Shown one piece after another: positions 9,952 through 20,500 of a stretch of 64,000 nucleotides of DNA (positions are counted from its first letter, which is position 1; the number at the start of each line of letters is the position of its first letter). The position numbers and the translations under genes were made by a program. Location: the IMG/VR virus record IMGVR_UViG_3300036765_000035, one strand, 5' to 3'. Under the pieces are notes generated by a model. That model worked only from the letters and a program-made list of their open reading frames with translations. It was not told where the DNA came from and did no database searches. The stretch is from a virus.

Positions 9952-10582
9952 ATGTTATATTAACAGCATCATATGAAAAAACAAATGTGATTGTAGGTGC
10001 TTCTGATGTTGTCATATCTAATTCATCTGCAACCATACTTGTTATTTTGGGGTTAATATAATCATAATGCACTTTCGACACTTCATATAATTGATATACC
10101 CAATTGTAATGGTGGGTTACTCTAATGTTTTTTATTAAACCATTTCTTTGCATTGAATCTAACGGTCCAATACTTGCAGCACCATTTTGTCCCAATAAAT
10201 CAATTATATCTGCTTGACCACTTTTTATATTTGATACAGGACTTACTTCATTTAAATATTCTTTAAATATATCATGTGCTTTATTTGCATTATCATCATA
10301 AAATGTTATTGAACCTGTTCCATTTTCTGTTTTTATTGCGACTTTTGTTCTAAAATTATAATAATTGACATCCTCGTATGAAATATTTATAGTTGGTCTT
10401 GATGCTGTTTTTACACCAAAATCCATCTCATACATATCATCAGAACCACGTGTTGTATCCCCAAACCTAAGAGTAAATTTAACTGTGAAAGTAAACCTTT
10501 GTTTTGGTGCATCGGTTCCACCAAAATCATCTGCTGTATCACCATTAGTTAGTCTCCAAAATGATTGAAAATCCCCTGACAT
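9944..10582 (-). CDS. Tail-tube-family paralog (gp19/gp54-like fold?)
   Basis: 212 aa, beta-rich composition, adjacent to the tail tube gene. Weak resemblance only. Confidence 0.35.
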   Translation of the reverse strand: MSGDFQSFWRLTNGDTADDFGGTDAPKQRFTFTVKFTLRFGDTTRGSDDMYEMDFGVKTASRPTINISYEDVNYYNFRTKVAIKTENGTGSITFYDDNANKAHDIFKEYLNEVSPVSNIKSGQADIIDLLGQNGAASIGPLDSMQRNGLIKNIRVTHHYNWVYQLYEVSKVHYDYINPKITSMVADELDMTTSEAPTITFVFSYDAVNITYE

Positions 10583-11130
10583 TATTTATTCCCTTCAATT
10601 ATTGTATATTTATTCGCTAATCTTACGAGTTTTTTTACATATGATATTATTGATTTTTTATGTTTATTCATATCAAATATACCATTTTTAATTTCTCTAC
10701 CAATTGCATCTATTAAAACATACATCTCATTTAAAAATGTTCTTTCATTTCTTGATAATATTGGTATCAAATGAAAAACTTTTAAATTTGTTAGTATTAT
10801 TTTTCTCATTGTTTCAACATTTGCAAGTTTAACCATTTCCTTATCACCATATAATATTTTATTAAAATACCTTACTGGTGTTGAACCTTTTCCAGATATT
10901 ATTAATGATAATGAATTTAAAGATTTTATTCCTATATTTATTTGACCACTACCATAGTCTGATAATATACCAAAATTTTCTACTAAAGATGTTTTTTCTT
11001 CTTCTATCTTATTATATAAAATTGAAGTGTTAACATATTTTTTAACCATTAGCAGTTTTTCAACTTCAGTAAATTTATTTTTATCTAATAAAGTTGCAAT
11101 CTCTACAATGTCTGTGTTATTTGTTGTCAT
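10582..11130 (-). CDS. Hypothetical protein
   Basis: 182-aa ORF start-stop coupled to the downstream ORF. Confidence 0.4.
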   Translation of the reverse strand: MTTNNTDIVEIATLLDKNKFTEVEKLLMVKKYVNTSILYNKIEEEKTSLVENFGILSDYGSGQINIGIKSLNSLSLIISGKGSTPVRYFNKILYGDKEMVKLANVETMRKIILTNLKVFHLIPILSRNERTFLNEMYVLIDAIGREIKNGIFDMNKHKKSIISYVKKLVRLANKYTIIEGNK

Positions 11131-11142
11131 ATGTATATTTAT

Positions 11143-11173
11143 AAAAAAAGGAAGATTATAATCTTCCTTTTTT
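11143..11173 (-). terminator. Bidirectional hairpin terminator (AGGAAGAT..ATCTTCCT) with flanking A-run and T-run, downstream of the tail tube gene.
   Basis: 8-bp perfect stem and 4-nt loop, A7 on one side and T6 on the other. Confidence 0.55.
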
Positions 11174-11193
11174 GTTTATACATATTGATTATA

Positions 11194-11763
11194 TTATTGA
11201 CTACCTGCACCACCAGTAGCATTTTTTGTAACACCAGTAATTAACTGTCTTGCATTATCAAAACGGATTGTTGCTGTTATTCTCAATGCATCACTTGTTG
11301 AATAATCTAAATCTCCCCAATCCACATTACTAAACCATGCACCTTCTAATAACCATGATTCTAATACAAGGTCATCACCATCCAATGATTCAAGTTTAAC
11401 AGCAAATTTATACACTGAACCTGCAATAGCTGATGGCAATCTTGGTGCTGCACCATTACCAATCAATTTTTGTTGAATTTCTAATTGTTGTTGTACTGTT
11501 TGTTCTACTTGACCACCAATATCTGCTTCAAATGATATATTTACGGGTTCATATTCATGTTTACCTGCAACATATGCTTTTGAATTATATCTGTCCAATA
11601 CAACTTCATCAAATCTTACCTTTGGTCTATCTGCTGTTACAGCTTGTACTCTCAAAGGTTGTGGGTCACCAGCAATCCCTTGAAAATTGACTCTCCATTT
11701 GTGTTTTAGTTTTGGATGGAAAATACCGTTTCCATCAACACCCAAATCTGTAATTAATGCCAT
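11194..11763 (-). CDS. 19: Tail tube protein (T4 gp19 family)
   Basis: N-terminus MALITDLGVDGNGIFHPKLKHKWRVNFQGI resembles the gp19 N-terminus. Size 189 aa. Followed by a terminator and located next to the sheath module. Confidence 0.65.
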   Translation of the reverse strand: MALITDLGVDGNGIFHPKLKHKWRVNFQGIAGDPQPLRVQAVTADRPKVRFDEVVLDRYNSKAYVAGKHEYEPVNISFEADIGGQVEQTVQQQLEIQQKLIGNGAAPRLPSAIAGSVYKFAVKLESLDGDDLVLESWLLEGAWFSNVDWGDLDYSTSDALRITATIRFDNARQLITGVTKNATGGAGSQ

Positions 11764-11910
11764 TGTTTTCTCCTTATTGTTGGCTCAAATCGTTTATAAT
11801 GAACTTTCAAACATTATTTTTTTCTACATATTATTATTTATTATATTTACAAAAAAAATATTAAAAAAATTGATTTTAGGATAAATATTTTAACATAATG
11901 GAGTATTTAA

Positions 11911-12627
11911 ATGAGATTTATTGATTTTTTAAAAGAATCTGCTAATGGTTCTAAGATTATTATTCAACAAGTATTAGATAATATTGATTATGGTCATGTT
12001 GACTATAATGAAGAAGAAATTAAATTTAATGTTGGAAATATAGTTAAAAATAGTAAATTCAACAACTTAAACGTTATTATTGTACAAAGAAATAAAGATG
12101 AAATCCGTTTAGGTAAATCAAAATCAAACAATGATTATGTTATTGTTATTAAAACAACTCAAAAATTGCCTGAACGTAAAGAGATAGATACATTCATTTC
12201 AGAAAATAATAGGATATATCAATTATTTTATTCAACTTTAAAAAAATATATTAAAAGGGGGGAGTTTTCTGACAGTGATATATCCATTTATGAGAAGAAA
12301 AAACAATCACGTGAATATGGAACATTTGAAGAAATGTATAATAATGTCATTGATAAAATAAATGAAAAAATAAATGAGTTCAAATCTGTTACTAAAAAAA
12401 TGAAAGATAGAATTCAAAAAACAAATGATGAAAGTGAAAAACATAAATTGGAACTTGCTATTCTTTCATGTAAAAAAGATACAATCGGTGCATCATTTAA
12501 AGATTTTTTAAATATATCAAAAAAATTGGCATCTGAATCAAATTTTGAATTTGATAAAGAATCAAAGAATAAATTTGATTCAAGAATTGAAAGTTATTAT
12601 GAGAGTAAAGTTAATCCATTACTTTAA
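11911..12627 (+). CDS. Hypothetical protein, lone plus-strand gene inside a minus-strand structural block
   Basis: 238-aa ORF. Orientation is opposite to its neighbours, suggesting an inserted (moron-like) gene. Confidence 0.4.
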   Translation: MRFIDFLKESANGSKIIIQQVLDNIDYGHVDYNEEEIKFNVGNIVKNSKFNNLNVIIVQRNKDEIRLGKSKSNNDYVIVIKTTQKLPERKEIDTFISENNRIYQLFYSTLKKYIKRGEFSDSDISIYEKKKQSREYGTFEEMYNNVIDKINEKINEFKSVTKKMKDRIQKTNDESEKHKLELAILSCKKDTIGASFKDFLNISKKLASESNFEFDKESKNKFDSRIESYYESKVNPLL

Positions 12628-12854
12628 TCAAATTGGATTTCATCATTTGAACTTAGTGTAAAATTTAATTCAATTTGTCTTATTCCTACATTTGGTTTAA
12701 TTGTATATTCCAAAAAAATCTCATGTAAACCATCTTCATTCTTCTTTATATCAATTTTATTTAAACTATGTTCACAATTATTAAAATTGTATTCAAATGA
12801 TTTTATTCTTTTTTTATTTCTATGTTCTTCTAAACTATAAATATTATTTTTCAT
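12624..12854 (-). CDS. Small hypothetical protein
   Basis: 76-aa ORF, start/stop-coupled to the upstream endonuclease gene. Confidence 0.3.
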   Translation of the reverse strand: MKNNIYSLEEHRNKKRIKSFEYNFNNCEHSLNKIDIKKNEDGLHEIFLEYTIKPNVGIRQIELNFTLSSNDEIQFD

Positions 12855-14397
12855 TTAATGTATAACTCCAAACCATGTTCCCACAATCATATATTTTATA
12901 ATAACCCATTTCTAAAATTTTATCTTCGGTACTTTCATTAATATTTATATCCAATTTATGTCTCATAAACGATGTTCTGTGCTTTAATGTTTTAAAATCA
13001 TTTGTATACCAAGGTGATGGTGGTGAATCGTGGGTTAATTTAAAATTCAAAGTGTTATATATTTCCCCATAACTCCATCTCTTATCTGCATATGAAATAA
13101 TCTTTTTAGGTGAATAATCTTTTATAAATCTTTTAAATATTTTTGATGCAATACCAACAACACTAACATCACGTAAATTGCAATATCTACACAATTCATA
13201 TTCACCGTCAACATGCTTGGAAAAACGCAATTTAGAGAAAGTCATAACTGCAACAAGTTCATCGTTTTCATATGCACCATATCTAATTGATGATATGTCT
13301 TTCCCCTGTATATGATTTTCATTTAAGAATTTTTTAGATATTTTTGATGAAATTTCAATTACATTCGTTTTTCTGGCATATATAACTCTATTTGTTTTAT
13401 TTATAATATGTTTAATCCTAGATTTTGTTATATCTTTTTTGTATTCCCATTCACTATCAAATATTGTATACAGTTTAATGTTTTTTTCATTTGCTAACTC
13501 TCTTTTTTTTAACAAATGATTTTTATCTTTAAATAAATTAGAGTGCCAATATATTCCACAATATTCTATACCAATATTTAGTTCTGGTAAATATATATCA
13601 ATTTCTTTACCAGATAATTGTGTTCTATCATTTCTTATTACTTTACCACTATAAAACGTTTTAATCCATTCATACATTTCAGTTTCACCTTTAGATATAC
13701 AGTATTCTAACGGATAACATGTAGGACATATATTAATACCGTTTTTTGTTGATTGTCTAAATATTTGCCTAGTTCTATTGAATGTTGTTTCACATTTATT
13801 ACATTTTAAATGATACGTATAATAATCATGTGACAATATTGTTAAATTATTTTCTTTTGCTTTTATTTTAATTAAATTGTGGTATTTTATTCTTTTATTT
13901 TTTGCATTTATCAATAACTGTTCTTTTGATTTTTTTGCATGTTCATCTGATAGTTTTTCCCCCAATAACGGGCTTTTCCACCCATTTTTCTTTTTTTCTT
14001 GAATTGTTTTATTTCTTTTATTTACAGATTCAGTAGAATAAGTGTGTCCTTTTAAACTATCTGATATTTTATTTTTTGTTTCTTTAGACAATTTTTTATT
14101 TGTATTCCAATGTTCATTATTTGCATAATATTCTTTCATTGAAATAGATTGCTTATTTCTTTGCTCCTTTGATATTTGTTTACCTTTATTCCAAGGGATA
14201 ATTGTTTGTTTTGATTTTGTTTCTTTGGTTTTTTCTGATTTTTTTTTTGATACACTTTTTGACACAACTAATGGACTATTGTATTTTGACATATATTCAT
14301 CCATTGTCATATTATGTGATTTTTTTAAATGTGTTGCTGTTATTTGTTTAAAATGTTTACCACACTCTAAACATTCTATAGTATCAAATGTATTCAT
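12844..14397 (-). CDS. Free-standing homing endonuclease-like protein: N-terminal C2H2-type zinc finger, NUMOD3-like repeats, then a Vsr-like (PD-(D/E)xK) nuclease domain
   Basis: CLECGKHFKQITATHLKKSH zinc finger. NKKLSKETKNKISDSLKG and GEKLSDEHAKKSKEQ are NUMOD3-like. IEYCGIYWHS ... IKLYTIFDSEW resembles the Vsr FVDGCFWHGH ... GWxVxxVWE signature. The gene sits between tube and sheath genes, which are adjacent in T4. Confidence 0.6.
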   Translation of the reverse strand: MNTFDTIECLECGKHFKQITATHLKKSHNMTMDEYMSKYNSPLVVSKSVSKKKSEKTKETKSKQTIIPWNKGKQISKEQRNKQSISMKEYYANNEHWNTNKKLSKETKNKISDSLKGHTYSTESVNKRNKTIQEKKKNGWKSPLLGEKLSDEHAKKSKEQLLINAKNKRIKYHNLIKIKAKENNLTILSHDYYTYHLKCNKCETTFNRTRQIFRQSTKNGINICPTCYPLEYCISKGETEMYEWIKTFYSGKVIRNDRTQLSGKEIDIYLPELNIGIEYCGIYWHSNLFKDKNHLLKKRELANEKNIKLYTIFDSEWEYKKDITKSRIKHIINKTNRVIYARKTNVIEISSKISKKFLNENHIQGKDISSIRYGAYENDELVAVMTFSKLRFSKHVDGEYELCRYCNLRDVSVVGIASKIFKRFIKDYSPKKIISYADKRWSYGEIYNTLNFKLTHDSPPSPWYTNDFKTLKHRTSFMRHKLDININESTEDKILEMGYYKIYDCGNMVWSYTLNEK

Positions 14398-14410
14398 TCT
14401 CTTATTTTAA

Positions 14411-14439
14411 ATAAAAAAAATGGGGAAGTCAATTCCCCA
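14411..14439 (-). terminator. Hairpin terminator (TGGGGAA..TTCCCCA) flanked by an A-run, downstream of the sheath gene
   Basis: 7-bp GC-rich stem, which is exceptional in this AT-rich DNA, plus an A9 run on the plus strand (a U-run on the minus transcript). Confidence 0.6.
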
Positions 14440-14464
14440 TTTTTAATATCAATTAAAAATTATG

Positions 14465-16624
14465 TTATCCAATTAATATTTCTCTTCCACCAATGTCAGT
14501 TCCAGTATTTACAACCCTAACAGGCACATAAATAAATTCTACCGCTTTAACTGGTTTAATAGCAACGTCTATCCATAACTCATTTCTATCAATTCTGTCA
14601 GGAGTATTATTAGTTTCATTACACAATGATGCATAATCATATAATCCTCTTCTAGATATTAATTCAGCCAAAGTTGAATCTGTTGTTGCTTTAGCATTTT
14701 CTCTTGTAATTTCATCATTTGGGTCAAACAAATATGGGAACAATGCATGACGCAAAGTTCTTTTAATATATTTAACTAACCTTGATACATTTACTCTATC
14801 TAACGCTGATGATGCACCATATGATGTTTTTTGACCTAACACCATAATACCTCTACCTGCCATAAATGTTATTGGATTAATATCTTTTGGTGATTCATAT
14901 AATGAATCACGTGTACCAAAATCAATATAATCTTCAACAAATGTTGTTGGACCTCCTAATGTTCCAGAAACATATCCAATTTTTGTCAAATGTGGACATT
15001 CACCACGTTGAACACCAGCAGGTGCAAACCATAATTCACCGTTTAAATCATTATATGCAAATACTCTAAGTGCTGTTGATGCAGCAGATGTCATGATATC
15101 TTTTCCATCTAAATTAGATGATATACCATGAGGATAGTAATATGCTATATGATAAGAAGAATGATTTCTTTCTGGTGTTTGTGACCACACTGTAATTCCT
15201 AAAGGTCCTGTTGGTGGTTTATCAAATGGTGTTTCACCTATAACAAATACCTCTTCAAACAAATCTTCAGATAATCTGATTAATTCATCACTAGCTTCAG
15301 GAAATCCCGGTGCTAATGTTACATTATAAGTAACATATTCACCACGTATATTTGTATCAGGGTTATTAATTACTTGTTGAATTTGAGTTTTTACTTCTAA
15401 TCTTCTTTCAGAATCATTTGCACCAAGTGATGTTTCAAACAAAAATTCTCTTGTGTTATCGAAATCATCGGATGCTGCTAATAATAACCCTTCTGCTTCA
15501 TCGGCTGTAAATTCAGTTCCAACAACTGCACCAATGGACCAGTTATCTATTAATGAATATAATCCGTCATATCCACCAACAATTGTCGAATATGTATTAT
15601 CATATACATCCAAGTCACCGATACCTACACCCCCAACTGGTGTGTCAAATGATTCAAATAAGTTAACATTAGCAAATAATGCTGTTGTTCCACTTTGACC
15701 ATCTGTTAAAATCTCAACACTTGATGTTACACCTTTCAAACCAGATGTTATTCTTATTCTACCTTGAATCAATTCAACTGTTGTGTTTACATCTGTTGTA
15801 ACCGCTTGAATTTCGTTTTGGATTTCTAATATTAGTTCTCCAAATGTTTGTGCATCTTGACCAAAAATTGTAACTGGTACAACATTTGTTCCACCACTGT
15901 CTACAACTTCCACTTCAAAACCATATACAGTTGAATCATTTGTTAAACCTGTAATATCTGATTCCTGTAGGTATCCACCAGATGTATCAAATAATACATC
16001 TTGATATCCTGCATGGTCTTCAGTATGTGATTGTAAGAACCCTTGTTCAAAACCATCTGAACTAAATGAATATGATGTTAAAACATCTGTCAGTGCTTCA
16101 TTTAATAGTGGTTTAAGCTCTTCACCTGTCACTGTTTTTTTGTAACCTACATCAGCAGGAACTAAACTATTAACTCCATTATATTCTGTAATATAATCAT
16201 TTACTAATACATTTAGAAAATCTGCTGATTCTCCTATTTTTCTTGACCACAAAGTTTTTATAGACTCCAAGTCATCTGCCAGATTAACATTTGCTCGTAT
16301 AACATATGCTCTGTTACCCAACTCCAAAAACTTGTTTAAAGCATCTAAACCATACTCATTTCTTACATCACCATGATGTGCTTGACCGTCAGCACTTTCC
16401 AAGAATCTTGGAATACCATACAGTTCAGCACTTTGTCTAAGAGATGTTACTTCTCTCAAAACACCATGTTCAAATGTCCCAAGTGCAGGTGTGATACCAT
16501 CTGCTTGTAATTTTTCATCAGCAGTTGCTATAAAAATAAGTGGTACTGTTGTAGGTGCACCAGATGGATAAAATGATTCATCTATTATTGACACACTTAC
16601 TGCTGGACTTATTAATGCTGGCAT
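14465..16624 (-). CDS. 18: Contractile tail sheath protein (T4 gp18-like)
   Basis: N-terminus MPALISPAVSVSIIDES is typical of sheath proteins (M..L.SPGV..E.D.S). 719 aa, next to the tube gene. Confidence 0.8.
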   Translation of the reverse strand: MPALISPAVSVSIIDESFYPSGAPTTVPLIFIATADEKLQADGITPALGTFEHGVLREVTSLRQSAELYGIPRFLESADGQAHHGDVRNEYGLDALNKFLELGNRAYVIRANVNLADDLESIKTLWSRKIGESADFLNVLVNDYITEYNGVNSLVPADVGYKKTVTGEELKPLLNEALTDVLTSYSFSSDGFEQGFLQSHTEDHAGYQDVLFDTSGGYLQESDITGLTNDSTVYGFEVEVVDSGGTNVVPVTIFGQDAQTFGELILEIQNEIQAVTTDVNTTVELIQGRIRITSGLKGVTSSVEILTDGQSGTTALFANVNLFESFDTPVGGVGIGDLDVYDNTYSTIVGGYDGLYSLIDNWSIGAVVGTEFTADEAEGLLLAASDDFDNTREFLFETSLGANDSERRLEVKTQIQQVINNPDTNIRGEYVTYNVTLAPGFPEASDELIRLSEDLFEEVFVIGETPFDKPPTGPLGITVWSQTPERNHSSYHIAYYYPHGISSNLDGKDIMTSAASTALRVFAYNDLNGELWFAPAGVQRGECPHLTKIGYVSGTLGGPTTFVEDYIDFGTRDSLYESPKDINPITFMAGRGIMVLGQKTSYGASSALDRVNVSRLVKYIKRTLRHALFPYLFDPNDEITRENAKATTDSTLAELISRRGLYDYASLCNETNNTPDRIDRNELWIDVAIKPVKAVEFIYVPVRVVNTGTDIGGREILIG

Positions 16625-16694
16625 TTTTTTCTCCTTACCTAATTTAACTTTTATTAATATAATTATTTATCATCAATGCAAAAAAATTAATAAA

Positions 16695-17486
16695 TTATGT
16701 TATATCTGGAATATCTAAATCATCGATATTTATTAAATTCTCATCAATATCTGTTGTGTTTGTTACATCATTCACTTCAACATAAACATCTTTTTGTGTA
16801 CTGATTGCATCCATTCGTAATTTAATATTATTTACAATATTACTTTTAATATTTATAGGAACTGACAAATATACAGGTATTTTAAATGTCATTGTCATTA
16901 TCAACATTCTATTTGTTTCACCTGATGGATATTGTTCTTCATTTAATATATCTATTAATTCAACAGTTGATATTTTAGTTATATCCTGTGAATCATCTGA
17001 TGTTTGTATTTGTAGTGTAGGGTCAAATAAAACCAATATTTGCTCCAATATTTGCATTTTCTGATAATCATTGGATACATATATTGAAAGCTCCATATTC
17101 ATTTGATATGGTTTTGGATTTTCTTTAACAACGTTTTTTAAATCATCAGGAAATGTTCCACCTATTGGTAATCTTACATTTCGTTGCACTTGATTTGTTC
17201 CTTTTGCCCTTGATGCATCTAGATATATTCCTGTCATATATGCTGCCATCATAGGTAAACGAATTGGTTTATTCTGTGTAAATCCAGCAATAATATTTGA
17301 TACAACTCTATCTGATGTACCATATTTTATAGGCACTGACATTAAATCCGTATCAGAATCAAAATCATTTTTACCTATCTTTACTTTTATGCCTGTGAAT
17401 ATTGCCATAAACTGTATAATATATTTTCTAAGTTGGGCAGAATAAAAATAATCTCCTACAGAATTATCATGATATATATATGTCAT
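16695..17486 (-). CDS. Hypothetical structural protein between the giant fibre/baseplate gene and the sheath gene
   Basis: 263-aa ORF in the late structural operon. Confidence 0.4.
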   Translation of the reverse strand: MTYIYHDNSVGDYFYSAQLRKYIIQFMAIFTGIKVKIGKNDFDSDTDLMSVPIKYGTSDRVVSNIIAGFTQNKPIRLPMMAAYMTGIYLDASRAKGTNQVQRNVRLPIGGTFPDDLKNVVKENPKPYQMNMELSIYVSNDYQKMQILEQILVLFDPTLQIQTSDDSQDITKISTVELIDILNEEQYPSGETNRMLIMTMTFKIPVYLSVPINIKSNIVNNIKLRMDAISTQKDVYVEVNDVTNTTDIDENLINIDDLDIPDIT

Positions 17487-17502
17487 TTCTTATTTTACTC
17501 CT

Positions 17503-20500
17503 TTAATAATTTGGTAAATTATAATATGTTGCCATATCACTTTCTATTGATAATATATCAGGTGTTGGGACGTTGGTTGGGTATATGATTATCTCCTGTA
17601 CATATCCAATTGAATTACGTGTTGCATCTGCACCAAATCCAATATTATGCGTTGACCATGTTAATGTATTTGCATCAGATATTGTCAACATTGATTGTAC
17701 TCCAAACAATTCACCATAAAGACCATTTGCACTATTTCCAACATCAACAGCATTTGCATACATTGTTGGTGTACCTGCATTGGCATAACTTGATGAAAGT
17801 GTTGTATTTTCTGAAAATCCAACATATTCATTTATACTATCATGCATTAATACACCAGAATCTCTTGTTTGTTTTATAACTGCAAATATTGTTGTACTAG
17901 ATGAGCCACTAAAGAATGATGATAATATATCAGATTCATTTGATACATATTTAAATTTAAACGCTGGGTTTGAGTTCAATGTTTCCATACCATTATTATA
18001 TATTGTTGGTTGTAATAATGGGTCTGATTGTATCCAATCGTTTCCATTACCAGATTGGTCATATACTCTAACAACATACATAGTTACCCATGGTCCCCCT
18101 GCAAAAGAAACAATTGAAGTTGTATCCAAATTATTAGACCCATCATATCCAATATCCAACTCTGCATCATCTGTACTACGTCTTACCCTTAATATTGGTC
18201 CTTCATAATATTTATCTATTCTTCTAGAAGAAGACATTGCACTTATTGCACCACTATAATCATTTAATAGTAAATTTGCACTACTACTTGCACTAGGTGT
18301 CGGTGTTGGTGTAGGTGTATTACTTGCTGTTGGACTAGGTGTTACACTAACTGTTGGTGTCGGTGTTGGTGTAGGTGTATTAGTTGGTGTAATACTTGGA
18401 GTTACACTAGCACTTGGAGCAGGTGTTGAGCTAGGTGTTACACTTGGTGTAGGACTAGGTGTTACACTTGGTGTTGGTGTTGGTGTAGGGCTAGGTGTTA
18501 CACTTGGTGTAGGACTAGGTGATACAACTGGAACGTTTGGTATTTGACATTCACCGTTCTCTTCTAATACATAATCCAATGCCACTAAATTATTTACTGG
18601 TGGAATTACATTTTGTGATATTTCAGCAGATATCCATGATGTTTTAAAGAAATCTTTGACTTCTTTTTTGACACTAAACACATCATGTAACACATCGAAA
18701 AATATATCATTTACTTCTGTTATAGAAAAATTTTGATATATATATTCCATTGAATCAATTATGTCTTTATTTGTATCAAAGGAATAATTCTTTCTAAATT
18801 CATTTATATCAATATATCCAAAGTTTCTATTACTATCGTTAATAATACCCAATATTGATTCTAATGCCAAATCTGCTTTTACAAATATTTGTTCTTTTCC
18901 TAAACCATATTTTGTATCTGCATCATATAAACTATCATATAGTTTTCTGTTATAAGATGGCAGTGGAATATCATCATATAATGTTCCATCAACATATTTG
19001 TAACCTATTAATGCTTCTGTTATTTCATCCCATAATACTTTATCTATTTTTTCAAATTGACCTCTTCTAATTAATTTCCATTCTTCATGGACATTTTTTA
19101 AATATAAATTAGATTTAAACGCATCTTGGTTTGGCATTCTGTCTCTTAAAGTAAAATCTCTAGTGAATCTTAATGAATATCTATTATTATCTTTAACAGT
19201 TCCTTCTAGATTTTTTGCAATCATTTGTGTATATCTAAATGGCAAGTCATATTCATATTCATCATAAACATTACCATAAATCAAACCATATCCATAATCA
19301 GGTGTTTTAATGCCTTGTAATATCATATAAGGATGTGGCATATTTTTTAATTGCTTTTCAGCTTCATAACATGAAATTCCTGTACCTTGTTGATTTATAA
19401 TATGTTTTGTCTTTTTATTTCTTACCCAAAAATAATATTTGTATTCTGTTTTATTTCCATTTTTGTTATGGTTTGCTACCATATTATATGGTCGTACTAT
19501 TTTAAAATCACCATTAGCAAATTCAGTATCTGTTATTTCAAGAACTGTTGTTAAGTGAATATACGCACCTATACCATATGTTGCAATATAATCGTTTACA
19601 TGTGTTATATTGACTATTTTTCTTTCAATGAACTTTCCATTAATGTAAACATCTGTTTCTACCAATGGCAACAGTAATGTTGCATCTTCCACTCCTAATA
19701 TCCATTCAAAATGTTCTTTTTTAACCTCTAAATAATATTCATAACTTGTGACAGTTTGTGTAAACGGATTATAATCATATTGGATAAATCTTGCATGTAT
19801 TTGTTGTAATGGAATTCCAGTAATTTTTTCAGATAGCAATTTATTTGAGTTTGCTTCATCTAAAATTGACAATTCCTCATATTCATCTGGTGGTACATCT
19901 GACTCTACCCATTCATATAATGCAATATCAGACCATTCAGATTTTTCCCCCCAAACTTTTATTCTATCATTTAATTTTGGATATATTGATTTATCGTAAT
20001 ATGGTAAATATCCTTCTGCATAATCGTCAAACCATACTTGACCAACAAATTTTGAACCCCATAATGGTTTTTGATTTTCATATTTTGCTGGGTCTTCATC
20101 ACCTTTATATGTAACAATGTAATTAGATATATGGTAATATTGACCCAATGCTGGATTCCACAATGGTATATTTGTCACAACTGTACCAGAACTTTTATCA
20201 ATTAATTTTGCTGGATTCTGTGCATCAAACTCATATGTTAATAAACTTACTTTTAATCCTGACACACCATCAATGCTACTCGAAAATTGAATAAATTTAG
20301 ATGATAAAAATTCAAAATCATCACCTTCTATTAAAAATACATCTTTTTCTTGAACAGAATCATAATATGATATTATTGCACCATCTGCAATCATTCCATT
20401 TAAATCTAATAGTCTATGATTACCTGATTGTGAATATAATAACGTTTCTGCATTTTCAATTATATCTAATACTTTAGTATTAAAATAAAATGAAACTCTT

